A stretch of 64,000 bases of DNA, from contig CM119268.1 of NCBI GenBank assembly GCA_051294375.1, forward strand, positions 19,258,796-19,322,795. The letters run 5' to 3'. The DNA is from Paraspadella gotoi. Taxonomy: Eukaryota > Animalia > Chaetognatha. Positions 1-12,340 of this stretch are shown here, piece after piece. Numbering within the stretch: position 1 is the stretch's first letter; the number at the start of each line of letters is the position of its first letter. Both the position numbers and the translations under genes were made by a program. The notes beneath the pieces were generated by a model. That model made no database searches. It saw only the letters and a list, made by a program, of their open reading frames with translations, and was not told where the DNA came from.

Positions 1-247
1 TTGAAATTTTAGCTTATTATATACTTATTACTATATATAACTATAGCTCATTGGTATAAAATTAAAAAATAAATTTACCAAAGTATTTTTATTGGTTTTT
101 ATTTTTATGTTTTATATGTTAAATTTTAATTTTCTAAAATTTTATCATATTCACATCACTCTATTGCTCAATGCTCATTTATCGTTTGAAGGTCAAGTTG
201 TTTCTTTTATCGTTTTATCGGTGGCTGTGGTATTCGCCTCTCCACAA

Positions 248-1034
248 GGATTCTCCAACTGGATTCCTCCCACACGGGATTCCTCCCACGCGGGATTCTT
301 ACCCCCTATGGGATTCCTCCCACACAGAATTCCCCCCATAGATTCCTCCCATAACGGGATTCCTCCGCACATGGATTCTCCAAAGAATTCCTCCATCCAC
401 GCGGGAATTCCTGCGATGTGGGAATCCACGCATGGGAGGAATTCTGTGTGGGAGGAATTCCGGCTGTGGGAGGAATTCCCGCATGGAAGGAGAATCCGTG
501 TGGGAGGAATCCCGTGTGGCGAGGAATCCCCGTGTGGGAGGAATCCCATGGGAGGATCCCGCGTGGGATGAATTCCGTGTGGGAGGAATCCCCGTGTGGG
601 AGGAATTCGCTGTGGAGGAAATCCCGCATGGGAGGAATCCCCCGCGTGGTGGAATCCCGTGTGGGAGGAATCCTGCAATGGGAGGAATCCCGCGTGGGAG
701 GAATCCAGCATGAGGAATCCAGCATGGAGGAATCCTGTGGGGAACCCGCGTGGGAGGAATTCCATGGGGCGGAATTCGTGGGAGGAACCCGTGTGGGAGG
801 AATCTCGCATGGGAGGAAATTCCTTTGGAGGAATCCAGCATGGGGGAAATCCCGCATGGGAGGAATCCCGTGTGGGAGGAATCCCCGTGAGGAATTCCAT
901 GGGGAGGAATTCTGTGGGGAGGAACCCCGTGTGGGAGGAATCCACGCGTGGAGGAATCCCCTGTGGGAGATCATGCGTAGGAATTCCTTGGGAAGGAATC
1001 CCGTGTGGGAGGAAACCCGCGTGGGAGGAATCCC
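248..1034. mobile_element. Foldback-like element built from ~15-17 bp tandem units in two inverted arms
   Basis: Units read GGATTCCTCCCACAC from ~248-405, then the reverse complement GTGTGGGAGGAATCCC from ~420-1034. The outer ends are inverted copies of each other. The overlapping six-frame ORFs are just translations of the unit. Confidence 0.6.
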
Positions 1035-1117
1035 ATCTTCTGATTCTTGGGCTTCACTTAAGACTGGCGGGTAAAAGCTTGCCGGTTTCATGGTCATCAT
1101 TGTCGGCATCAAGGTTC

Positions 1118-1798
1118 TTACTGTCGTCGGATTTCTTGATCTATCATGAAGCGTGGAATGATGGGAACCGTTTTGAAGACAAACAGTTTCTTAACATCGG
1201 CATCCATCGATCGATAGAGATTACATTGAGCAAGAAAATTATTTCTTCCGCAGAATAGACAAGTCCCGGCCTTCGTAAAAGGCAGTTGAACCTCCAGAGA
1301 CGTCGTCATCTTCGGCGTCGACGTCGATCCATTTCTGCGTCGTGGAGATTTTCGATTCTTGGCCATAGGAGACGTCGCACCGCATCGTTTAACGTTGTTG
1401 TAGGCCCTACAATGTAGGGGTGGGAATGGGAAAAGCTGGAGAGGAAACAGGAGTCGTTTTAAGTCCGTTTCTCCGTTCCTTAGAGATGTCGTGGCGAAGA
1501 GCGGGGGAGTGAATCCCCCATCGTTGAAAGAGGTTGGAGAAGCGGGAAGCTTTGTTGGAGTTGGAGAGGAAACGGGAGTCGAATCAAAGGCCCGTTCCTT
1601 CTCCATTTTTTGTATTTCCTGAAGTTTGATTCTTATCGCGTCAAAGTCTTCTTTGAAAGATTCCTTCATTGTTTCGAGTTGGGGTTCTAGTAAGTTCTTA
1701 AAACAATCATAAAACTTCAGGAGCTGATCATTGACGACAAGGAATATGTCTTGTACTAAATCGCGGTGTTCTTCTGCGACAGTCAAAAAATCAAACAT
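1118..1798 (-). pseudogene. gag-like ORF remnant with a BEL/Pao-type Cys/His knuckle region
   Basis: 226-aa non-repetitive ORF with a helical N-terminal part, a P/S/T-rich linker, then CLFCGRNNFLAQCNLYRSMDADVKKLFVFK, resembling the CxxCxxxHxxxxC knuckle and spacer of BEL/Pao gag. The second copy reads RNHF and retains a downstream C/H-containing segment. Confidence 0.5.
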
Positions 1799-4570
1799 TT
1801 TTCAGTCGAAGTTTTCTTTTCTTAACGCGCGATTAGTCCAAATCTTTAACGCGGTTTCCGCGAAGCAATTAGTTGTTTTTACTGTAGAGACGTTTTGAGT
1901 CTCCACGCTCTGCGGACCTTGTTCGAGGGTGTCGCCCGTCGAGAAAGGGGTTATGACGAGAGTCTTGACTATTTCTTAAGAAATTGATAAGACGAGTTTA
2001 AAAAGGGTAAAAACGTGTATTTCTTCGTGACAAAGAGTATCAGACGTAATCAAAAGTCGTGGAAAAAGTCAATAGAGTCGTAAAAAAACAACGTTTAATA
2101 ACGAGCGACATTTCTTCAAGTGGTTTCACGTACAACTAAAAAGCCGGTCACAAAAATTGATAAAGAAACGTATAGTTGCCGCCAAAATCACGAAGAGGGA
2201 GAGAGAGAAATTGACCACTAAAAAGTATCACGGATCACGAGCGAATTTATCTTCACATAGAGAACGTAAAAAATTAGTTCTAATTTGCGGAATGGTAAAT
2301 TTAGAAAATTTACTCACTNNNNNNNNNNNNNNNNNNNNNNNNNCTCTCTCTCACTGCTCTCTCACTGCTCTGCTCATTGTCTAGCTGTTTTGTCGCATCC
2401 TCTTGTCCTCTATGTTTTGCTGATTTTGGTTTCCATGTTCCGTATCGTCACCTAGGGTTCGTCGTTCGATCGTCGTCTTCCGTCGTCCGCGTATTATGGA
2501 TAGCGGGACCTGCGCGCCTTGCGACGGAAGATAATTGTTGGTCAACCGGGAGGGACGCAGAGGGGGTGAGTGAATGCAAGGCGGTCAGCCTCGGGCAGGA
2601 GAGAGACTATGGGAGCAGAGGAGAGAGATGAGAGAGAGGAGAGTATGACGAGAGAGAGGCGGCGTAGGCAGAGTGATATGAGGAAAGAGAGAACAGCGCC
2701 TTGTAAGTTTATATAAAAAGCAAAGGAAATACCGTAGCGGCAACAAAATGAACAAATAATCAGACAATATATTTGGATCCGGAAAAGAAAACTAAAAACC
2801 ATACCGGAGAAAATGTCATATGATCCTAAAATTTTTTAAAAATTACATAGTCGATTACATAACCTTTTATGGCGTGTAAAGTTTTTATATGGGAGACTGC
2901 GGAGTTTTGAGATAATGGAGTTTTGGTTGGAAAGGATTCAGGTGGGTAGAGATGTAAGGATGAGGTTATTGGGGGACGGGGTAGGATTGGGTGAGTAATG
3001 TTAGTTAAAAGGACAGGGTTATGTTTATAGTAGAAATTTTAATTCTAGTTATATGATCTTTGTGTTGGGATGGTAATTGGAGCTTATTGGGTAGGTGGCA
3101 AATGGAAGTGAGGATTTAAGGATTAAGAATTTAAAAACTTCATGAAATGATTAAGATTAATCAGTTTAAAAATTCATAAACTTAGTATATCTGAGGCGAT
3201 TGGGTCGTGATAATGGGAGAATGAGTAATATATCAATTGTGATGTTAGGTAATGAATAGTATGAGGTATCAAATAATAGTAGTAATAATTAATCGACATA
3301 ATAATAATAGTTTCAACGTAATTAATAATTCGAGTGGGATAAGGGAATAATCGGAAAATTAATAATGCAGATAATCGGAATAAAATAATCAATAATAATA
3401 TAAATAGCAGATAAGAATAATATTGTTAATGATAAGAAATAATAATTAAATAGGAATTAAAGGGTTGTAGTATTCCATAAATTTTTTAATCTGGTTCATT
3501 ATGGCTCTTCTGGTTTAGGATCAGTTTCTTTGTCCAACAAAAAAATTGTTGTAAAGTATTTGTTGTCTATGACTGTAAAAAATCTGCTAAGGGATGTTAA
3601 ATGTTGATGGTTACCGTATATGATAATATTAACTCGTGATTACTTTCATTGGCGATAACTTAACTAATCTTAATCCAATTTGTACTAGATGTCTGCGATT
3701 TGATTCCCTAAAGTTGAATTTTTATGGAATTATCTTTTTTTTTTAGTGGCTATTATGTGCCACCATTAGTCTTTCTCAATAGGGTGAAGTGAAAATTTTG
3801 GACAAATTTTAGCAGTTATATCTTGAAAACTATCATTATTAGTGAATATTAATACACTGGTGTTATTTTTTTCTGTTTTTACAAAGTACGTAGGCCCAGT
3901 CAGCTCTTATTTTGTATACTAGTCATTAAGCACCTTTTAATCAATGTGAAAAATAGTCCAATAATGTTTTTTTTTTAATTCTGCATGAGCAGGATAGAGA
4001 TTGATAAAAGAAAAATAATAAATGCTATTTTTCAAAAAAATTATGTTCCATTCAAGTGAGGTTAAAATTATAAAAAAACTATATATTTCTAGCTCAAATT
4101 GAAAAAAAATCTGCTCTTAATTACACATTTTTTTTTAACCCTAGAATAATTTAAATAGACGAACTTATCGGACTTTCTTATCATCAAGCTTTTTCAAAGG
4201 AATCTCAAATTCCATCTAAAATTAGAAAACTTTGACTATTGGAAAATTTTAGCTATTATATAACTTATTAGCTGATATATTATATACTATAGAGCTCACT
4301 TGGTGGGACCATAATGTTATACAAATTTAAAAAAAATATTATTTACACAGTATTTATTGGTTTTTTATTTTTGTTTTATATGCTTAAATTTTAATTTCTA
4401 AGAACATCTTTAATCATTTCACATCAAAGCGTTCGTCCTTTGCTCAGCTATCGGTTGAATGGTCAAGTTGTTCGTTTGGAGGTTATCGGTAAGTGCTGTG
4501 TTTTCCTCATCGATTTCCAATCGTGGACCCTGTGGCCTCGATCTCCACGCGATCCTGCAACCTATCTCCT

Positions 4571-5368
4571 TGGGATTCCTCCCACGACGATTCCTCCCCA
4601 TAGAATTCCTCGCCCATAGGAATTCCTACCCACATGGAGTTCCGCAAGGATTCCCGAATCCCCCAGCGCATACATCCCACACCAGCGGATTCCTCCCACG
4701 CGGGATTCTCCGCATGTGGGAATCCCGCAGGGTAGGAATTCTTGTGTGGGAGGACATTCCGTAGATCGTGGTGAGGAATCCCCATGGGAGGAACACCTGG
4801 ACCCGTGTGGGAGGAATCCGCTGTGGGGATGACGACACGCGTCGGGCACCGAATCCACGCGATTGGGATGGAATCGCAGTGTGGGAAATCTCGCATGGGA
4901 GTCCGGGAAGGAACCCGTGTGGGAGGAATCTCCGTCGTGTGGCAGGGAATTCCATGGGAGAATGACCCAGATGGGCGGATCCGCGTGGGGAAGCCCGTGT
5001 GGGAGGAATTCTGTGCATGGGAGGATACTTGATACAATCCATGAGTGATCGAGAGGAGATCCGTGTGGATACGGTGGAAATCGGAGCAACCCCTGTGACG
5101 ACCCACGGAATCGGAATCAGATGGGAGGAAATCCCGATGAGAACCCGTGGGAGAGATGCCGCGGGAGGTTCCATGGGGAGGAATTCTGGTGGGGAAGGAA
5201 CCCCGATGTGGGGTGAATCCCGAGATCCTGGTGGGGACAGGTAATCCCCTGTGGAGGAATCCCGTGTGGGAGGAAATCCCGTGTGGTGAGGCAATTCATG
5301 GGATAGGAATTCCCTTGGGTGTAGGAATCTCGCGTGGGAGGAATCGCGCGGATGGGCAGGAATCCCAT
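4571..5368. mobile_element. Second, noisy copy of the GGAGGAATCCC foldback-like array
   Basis: Same unit with the same orientation switch near ~4710. Confidence 0.55.
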
Positions 5369-5384
5369 CCTTCTCTCTTTGGGC

Positions 5385-6238
5385 TTCACTTAAGCCACTG
5401 CTGGCCGGGTAAAAGCTTGCCGGTGTTTCATGGTCATCATTGTCGCATCAAGGTTCTTACTGTCGTCGGATTCTTGATCTATCATTGGAATGATGAACCG
5501 TCGCAGACACGCACGACGTGTGATTAGTATCACGTGACCGGTAAGCAACGACACCACGTCGTTTTTGAAGACAAACAGTTTCTTAACATCGGCATCCCAT
5601 CGATCGATGAAGAGATTACATGAGCAAGAAAAATGATTTCGTTGCAGAATAGACAGTCCGGCCTTCGTAAAAGGCACGTTGAACCTCAGAGACGTCGTCA
5701 TTCATTCGGCGTAGACGGTCGGGTCGCCCAATTTTACTGCTCGTGAGATTTTCGATCTTGGTCCATAGGAGACGTCGCACCGCAGGTCCGTGGAAGCTGA
5801 ACCCCCCATACGTTTAGACGTTGTTTGTAAGCGGTACAGAGGGGTGGGAATGGGAAAACTGGAGAGGAAACAGGAGTCTTTTAAGTTCCCATTCTACCGC
5901 CTGCGCTGAGATGGCGGTCTGAATGTCGTGAAGAGCGGAGGAGTGATCCCCATGTGTGAAGAGGTTGGAGAAGCGGAAGCTTTGTGGAGTTGGAGAAGAA
6001 GACGGGATCGAATCAAAGGCCTCGTTCCTTCTCAGTTTTTGTATTTCCTGAAGTTATGATTACTTATCGGCGTCAAAGTCTTCTTTGAAATAAGATTCCT
6101 TCAATTGTTTCGAGTTGGGGTTCAAGTAAGTTCTTATAAACAATCAAGAAACTTCAGGAGCTGATCATTGACGAAAAGGAATATGTCTTGTACTAAATCG
6201 CGGATGTTCCTTCTCTGACAGTCAGAAAATCAAAACAT
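5385..6238 (-). pseudogene. Frameshifted second copy of the gag-like ORF
   Basis: ORF 5390-5701 gives PFTKAG...RNHF...DADVKKLFVFKND, matching the 1118-1798 product. Confidence 0.5.
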
Positions 6239-7462
6239 TTTTTCCAGTCGAAGTCTTTGTCTTTTCTGTAACCGGCGATTAATCAAATCTTTAATGCTTT
6301 GCGGAACATTAGTTGTTTACGTGTAGAGACGTTTGAGTCTCACGCTTCTCGCGGACCTCTGTTCGAGGCGTGTCGCCGTCGAAAAAGGGGTTTATGACGA
6401 GAGTCTTGACCTAATTTCTTAAGAAGTTGAAAAGACGAGTTTAAAAATAGGTAAAAACTGTGTATTTGTGTCGTGACAAAGAGTATCAGACGTAATCAAA
6501 AGTCGTGGAAAAAGTCAATAGAGTCGAAAAAACAACGTTTAATAACGAGCGACGTTTTTCAAGGGTTTTCACGTACAATATACAAAAGCCGGTCACAAAA
6601 ATTGATAAAGAAACGTATAGTTGCGGCTGGAATATACCGCCAAAATCAGAAGAGGGAGAGAGAAGAAAATGACCAACTAAAAAGTATCACGGATCACGAG
6701 GCGAATTTAGTCTTCTAGAGTAAAAATAGTCTAATTTTGCGGAATGGGTAAAATTAGCGAAAATTTACTCACTCATTTTAAAAAAAAAAAAAAAACAAAT
6801 AAAAGAGTACCTGTTTGACATTAATTTACAAATGCAATCAATCGTTGGAAATTCAATTTGTCTTTTTTCCCGAATGAAATCTGATTCCGGAAGAGCACTA
6901 ATCAAAAATGACTCGAATCGAGGCGCAACTCAGACAAATGAATTATTCAATCAAGATATTGATTCTAAGGATGCGTGGCAATCAAGATATTGATTTTAAC
7001 GATGCGTGGCCGCATCTACAAACTCATAACGAGATCGGTCGCATAAGTTTGCAGCTCGACAATGTTTTTTTTCTCTCTCTCTCTTCGTGGAATAATGTGG
7101 CGCCAATCGAGAGACTTAAAAGAAGGAAAAGAAGGAGAGGAAGAGGAAAGAAGGAAGAAGAAATAAAAGAAATAATAAGGAATAATTTAAGAAAAGTAGG
7201 AAGATGAAAATTTAAAAAAAGTAAAAACGAGAAAAAATGAAGGAGAAAAAGAAGAAAAAAAGCGACATAAAAGAGAAAGAAAAGGAGGAAGGAGAGAAGA
7301 AAAAAAGAAAAGAAAAGTTCCGGAGTCTACAAAAAGATTTGTTTGGACGGTTTGTCCCTGATAATTCAAGTTGTTTGTTTTTGAGCAGAGAAGACAGATT
7401 AGAGAAAAAGAAAGGAGATAAATAAACGAAGAGACAAAAAGTCACGAAGAAAGATTCATTCC

Positions 7463-7464
<2 letters not shown>

Positions 7465-7522
<58 letters not shown>
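7465..7522. repeat. (AG)n microsatellite, representative of many in the window
   Basis: Direct dinucleotide run. Similar runs at ~8340, 11085, 11462, 21640, 27180, 38762, 39097, 44395, 49382, 49850 and 51280. Confidence 0.95.
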
Positions 7523-8339
7523 TTTCTTAATGAGGACAAAAGAGACAAAGATGTAAAAAAGGGAAAAACTTTAAAAAGAAAATTAGCGTTTTGAAAAGAA
7601 AGAAAAGAGAAAGAGGCTGAAATTGGCCGAGCGCCTTTTTCATGGCGTTCGCTTCCAACTTATATTGTTTTTTTTTTCAAATGACAAAATTAATTTGATA
7701 TGAAATATATTTTTGTCACAAGGGAAATTTTTTTATAGTTTGAGAATAGAGACAAATTGATAAAATAACACAATTTTTCAAAATAATCTTTTTTTTTAAA
7801 TCTTCTTTTTATACTCATTCAATAAAAATGTTTAAATACTCGCTTTTTGGGGTAAATTTAATCTTATAAGAACGCCTAACTCATTTCATGCATACGAATT
7901 TTATTTGCTCTTCATTCGGAAAAATAGAGTTACAATGTAAGTAAAGAGAAAAGATGTAAAGACGCAACGACGACGACGACGACGACGACGAAGAAGAGGA
8001 ATGTGAAGGCGACGACGACGACGACGACGACGAAGATGACGAAAGGCCAAATCGGTGCAGCTTCGGTTCAAGTATCTCAAAGGCAACGTTTTCCGTGAGG
8101 CTGAGCTTGAGAGAATGACAAATACCNNNNNNNNNNNNNNNNNNNNNNNNNNNNNNNNNNNNNNNNNNNNNNNNNNNNNNNNNNNNNNNNNNNNNNNNNN
8201 NNNNNNNNNNNNNNNNNNNNNNNNNNNNNNNNNNNNNNNNNNNNNNNNNNNNNNNNNNNNNNNNNNNNNNNNNNNNNNNNNNNNNNNNNNNNNNNNNNNN
8301 NNNNNNNNNNNNNNNNNNNNNNNNNNNNNNNNNNNNNNN

Positions 8340-8375
<36 letters not shown>

Positions 8376-8406
8376 GCTGAAAAATTGAAAGAATAGAGGA
8401 ACTGAA

Positions 8407-9471
8407 TAAGGGGTGAACTTAGGCAAAGAATTTTTTTTAAATAGGTAATAGACAATTTTTTTGGTTTACTTAGTAGTTAACTGAATAAAAGTAGGCAGTT
8501 TTTAATTGAGGAAAGGATCTTTAAAACTAAGTTATAACTGATAAACTTATGATCTAATTTGCTAAGATTCAAAAAGGAAATGTTATCTTTAATAATTTGA
8601 GGCCAAATGATATTAGATTAAATATTGTAGTCNNNNNNNNNNATCAAATATAAAACTTTAATTTGCTCAATATTAAAATTCAATTAGTTTTAGCCCAAAT
8701 ATTTTTAATGAAAGATAAAATAATTTTATTAAAAAAAATTAATAGCTAAAAATATGTTTGGTGTTTGGTAACAGGGGTTAAGTCTATTATATAGTTGTTT
8801 TTAATTAAGATAAACATTTTTCAGTATGTTCAAGAATGTCATTTTTTACTTTGAGTTAAAATCTTTGTTAATGATTTTTAGAGGTATTGAGTAATCCATA
8901 TCATATTCTGCAAAGAATTCTAATGAGCTTTGGCATTCTAAATAAGATACAAAACATTTTTGGGCGACTTAAGTCTTGTGTACATTTTTACATAATCTTT
9001 GATCCAGGTTTTAATCTTGTCAATCATATCAGGATACAAGTGAATACGTTACATTGCAAATCTATTTATTTTTTCTCTTTATCTCCTTATTGTTATTACT
9101 AATTTTTCTATTATCTGTTACTTTTTTTAATTTATCAATGAATTAATCTTCTTTAATAATTTTATTGGTTCCTGGGTCTGGTAGAAGCCAAGTAGTTTTA
9201 CATAACTTATTACTTAATGCTGATGCTCCAATATTTCATGCTATCTTGGGAAAAGTATTTTTGAGCTTAAAATATAGTAATAACAAATTGAAAATATAGT
9301 TGATAACGAAATTAGAAACAATAAAAGAAAATATATTGTTTATTTATCTTAATAATTAAATATAAGCAAAATATTTTGATTAGGAAATTGCCTATCATTT
9401 CTTTACCTAGGCAATTTCAGTAACACTTTTCTCAGTTAATCAGGCAAAATATTACCTAAGTTCACCCCTGA
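8407..9471. mobile_element. hAT-like non-autonomous DNA transposon (MITE)
   Basis: Terminal inverted repeats aggggtgaacttaggcaa (8409-8426) and ttacctaagttcacccct (9452-9469). The right end reads CAGGGGTG on the minus strand, as in hAT/Charlie ends. Flanks gaactgaa (8399-8406) and gaactaaa (9472-9479) match 7/8, a candidate 8-bp TSD. Confidence 0.6.
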
Positions 9472-9557
9472 GAACTAAAGGAAGTAAGAAAAAAAAAACT
9501 AAAAAATGAGACGAATATCTGGAAGGAAAAAAAGAGAACAGACGAAAAGAGAGAGAT

Positions 9558-9900
9558 ACCCTGCACTTGCTTCCAAGTGGAGGGGAGGGGACAATCTTCA
9601 GCTAGACCAAGGGCCTGGAATCAGAAGGTTGGAATACGCGGACAGGATGGGCTCACCAGTGTGGATAAGGCGCTAAGTGGCTGAAGATGATTATCCATAA
9701 ACTTCTATAACCCATCTAGCAGCATGGAACGGGTCCATGGGCTTGGAACCCAGGCCTTGAGGGTTTGCCATGGCCCCAAAGGCGGCTTAACCGGGCCGTC
9801 CTCACGCTTTCCCGCAGAGTAGGTACCCGGGTTGGGATTGAACGCCAGTACCTAGTGGTCCATAGAGCTGATGGTGTTACTCAATGAGCCAACCGAGGTC
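9558..9900 (-). mobile_element. tRNA-derived SINE
   Basis: GC-rich island in AT-rich DNA. The minus strand begins gacctcggtTGGCTCATTGAG (A-box-like), followed by GGCGTTCAATCCC (B-box-like) at tRNA-like spacing. Confidence 0.55.
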
Positions 9901-9926
9901 ACAAACTGAAAGTGTCATGATTCTAG

Positions 9927-11075
9927 GCGGGGTGAACCTAGGCAATGGCCCGACTACAACACTGACTCAACCTCCAAATGATTATTAGATATAATAAGCA
10001 AATAATATTTTAAAAAAAAGTAATATATATAATTAAATAATATAGTTTAAATAGTAAAATATTCATAATATATAAAAACTATAAGATAGTGAAACAAGTA
10101 ATTTTGCAAATTTTCATATAAATTAAAAAAAAAAAATAAAATAAGATATTTTTCGGTATTTAATTTTTAAACCAAACTCTTTATCAATTGTATAAAACTT
10201 TAATTTGCTCAATATTAAATTCAATTAGTTTTAGCCCAATATTTTTATGAAAGATATAAAAATAATTTTATTAAAAATAAATTATAGCTAAAAAAATATG
10301 TTTGTGTTTGGTGTTAACTAGTTGTCTTTTAATTTTAAGATAAACATTTTCAGTATGTTCAAGACAATGTCATTTTTTACTTTGAGTTAAAATTCTTTGT
10401 TAATGATTTTTAGAGGTATTGAGTAATCCATATCATATTCTGCAAAGAATTTAATGAGCTTTGGCATTCTAATAAGATACAAAACATTTTTGGGCGACTT
10501 AAGTCTTGTGTACATTTTTACATAATCTTTGATCGCAGGCTTTTAATCTTGTCATCATATCAGGATAAAGTGAATACGTTACATTGCAAATCTATTTATT
10601 TTTTCCTCTTTATCTCCCTTATTGTTATTACTAATTTTTCTATTAATCTGTTACTTTAATTTATCAATGAATTAATCTCTTTAATAATTTTATTGGTTCT
10701 GGGTCTGGTAGAAGCCAAGTAGTTTACATACTTATTACTTAATGCTGATGCTCATATTTCATGCTATCTGGGAAAAGTATTTTTGAGCTTAAAACTATAG
10801 TAATAACAAATTGAAAATATAGTTGATAACGAAATTAAAACAATAAAAGAAAATATATTGTTTATTTATCTTTAATAATTAAATATAAACAAAATATTTT
10901 GATTAGGAAATTGCCTATCATTCTTACCTAGGCAATTTCAAGTAACACTTTTTCAGTTAATCAGCAAATATTACGCTAATTCCACCCTGAGAAACTAAAA
11001 GGAAGTAACGAAAAAAAAAAACTAAAAAATGAGACGAATATCTGGAAGGAAAAAAAAGAAGAACAGACGATAGAA
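9927..11075 (+). repeat. Second copy of the hAT-like MITE plus its 3' flank
   Basis: ggggtgaacctaggcaa at ~9929. Segment 10183-11075 closely repeats 8643-9555, including the gagacgaatatctggaagg flank beyond the TIR. Confidence 0.85.
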
Positions 11076-11091
11076 CGGAGGTGAGAGAGAG

Positions 11092-11161
<70 letters not shown>

Positions 11162-11461
11162 AACAAAACGAAAAGAAGACGNNNNNNNNNNNNNNNNNNN
11201 NNNNNNAACGAAAGACGAGGAGATGAGGTTTTATCTTTTCTCATGGAAGAGAAAGTGGAATCAATGACTTCGGCGGGGAGCGTCGTAAAGTAAGTTAAGA
11301 TCAGGTTGGTAAGGCAAATATGGGATATGATGGTTTTACGGTTATTACGCTAATAGGTACAAATAAAAATTGAACGTAATTGTTAATGGTGATAAGGAGC
11401 AATAAACTCGTCACGAAAACGTAAATGAATTGCGAAAGAAATGAAGAGAGAATGAAAGAAT

Positions 11462-11526
<65 letters not shown>

Positions 11527-12121
11527 GTAGCACGACGTGGCAGCAGGGCAGAGAGAATGATAAATGTCTCGGGGGCCGAAAGAGAGAAGGGACGCCCGTT
11601 TGAAATACGTCAAAGGACGAGAAAATGTGAATGGATTATGAGTCTTTGATGGGAAATCGAACGACGTCGTGAATAAATCTCTTTTGTAAAATAGATGGAT
11701 TTAAATATAAAACATATATTAATTATTAGATTATTATATATTAAATTTATATTAAATATAGTATATCCGTAGTCAGCCCCTGGACAATTTTCATTTTGAT
11801 TCCGAGCTATAAATAGATTTTTAAAAAAAAGTAAATCCGGTTAAGAACAAACGAATTTCAACAAATCCGATGCGACATAAGAAAAAAAAAACAAAAAAAA
11901 ACAAAAAATTTAAAATAGACTACATGAAAGTCAAGGATTAATTAAAAGAAAAAAAGTTTTAAAAAAATGTCGAATAAAAATGAAAGAGAATTCGTTCGGC
12001 CTTAAAGAGAATAATTAAAGGGAGAGAGAAAAAAAAAGATAAAAAACAAAATGGCGACCGATTCTGTCTTTTTCTGCCGACGACACAAACACAAAACCTG
12101 AAAATGGTTCTTGCGCCTGCG

Positions 12122-12142
12122 AACGACGACGACGACGACGAC

Positions 12143-12181
<39 letters not shown>

Positions 12182-12340
12182 GAAGATAATGGCGATGACA
12201 TAGATGACGACAATAAATTAAATGACGAGGATGATAACGACGATGCCGATGATGAAGATGATGACGATGACGACGAGGAAGTCGATGACAATGACGTCGT
12301 CCGTAAAAACGATGACGACGATGAAAATAATGACGACGAT
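12122..12340. repeat. (GAC)n/(GAT)n compound trinucleotide repeat
   Basis: Direct reading of the sequence. Confidence 0.9.

Larger units (their letters stand above)
4238..6773 (+). repeat. Indel-rich direct copy of 1-2318 (AT-rich flank, foldback array, gag-like region)
   Basis: Colinear throughout, e.g. ggtaaaagcttgccgg at ~1070 and ~5408, gtactaaatcgcgg at ~1753 and ~6190, and aaaatttactcact ending at 2318 and ~6773. Confidence 0.9.

Noticed and set aside
192-257. Signal-peptide-like stretch VVSFIVLSVAVVFASPQGF
   Set aside because: Very short, with no start exon or continuation, and not preserved in the duplicate at ~4460-4520.
248-1034. CRISPR-like array
   Set aside because: Units are contiguous with no unique spacers, the context is eukaryotic and there are no cas genes.
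92-1258. Multiple long overlapping ORFs (GIPPTRDSSH / WEESRVGGIP)
   Set aside because: They are open in many frames because the repeat unit lacks stop codons. There is no independent coding evidence.
7881-8455. ORFs running through N gaps (also 28525, 34084, 51568)
   Set aside because: Their length is produced by undefined bases.
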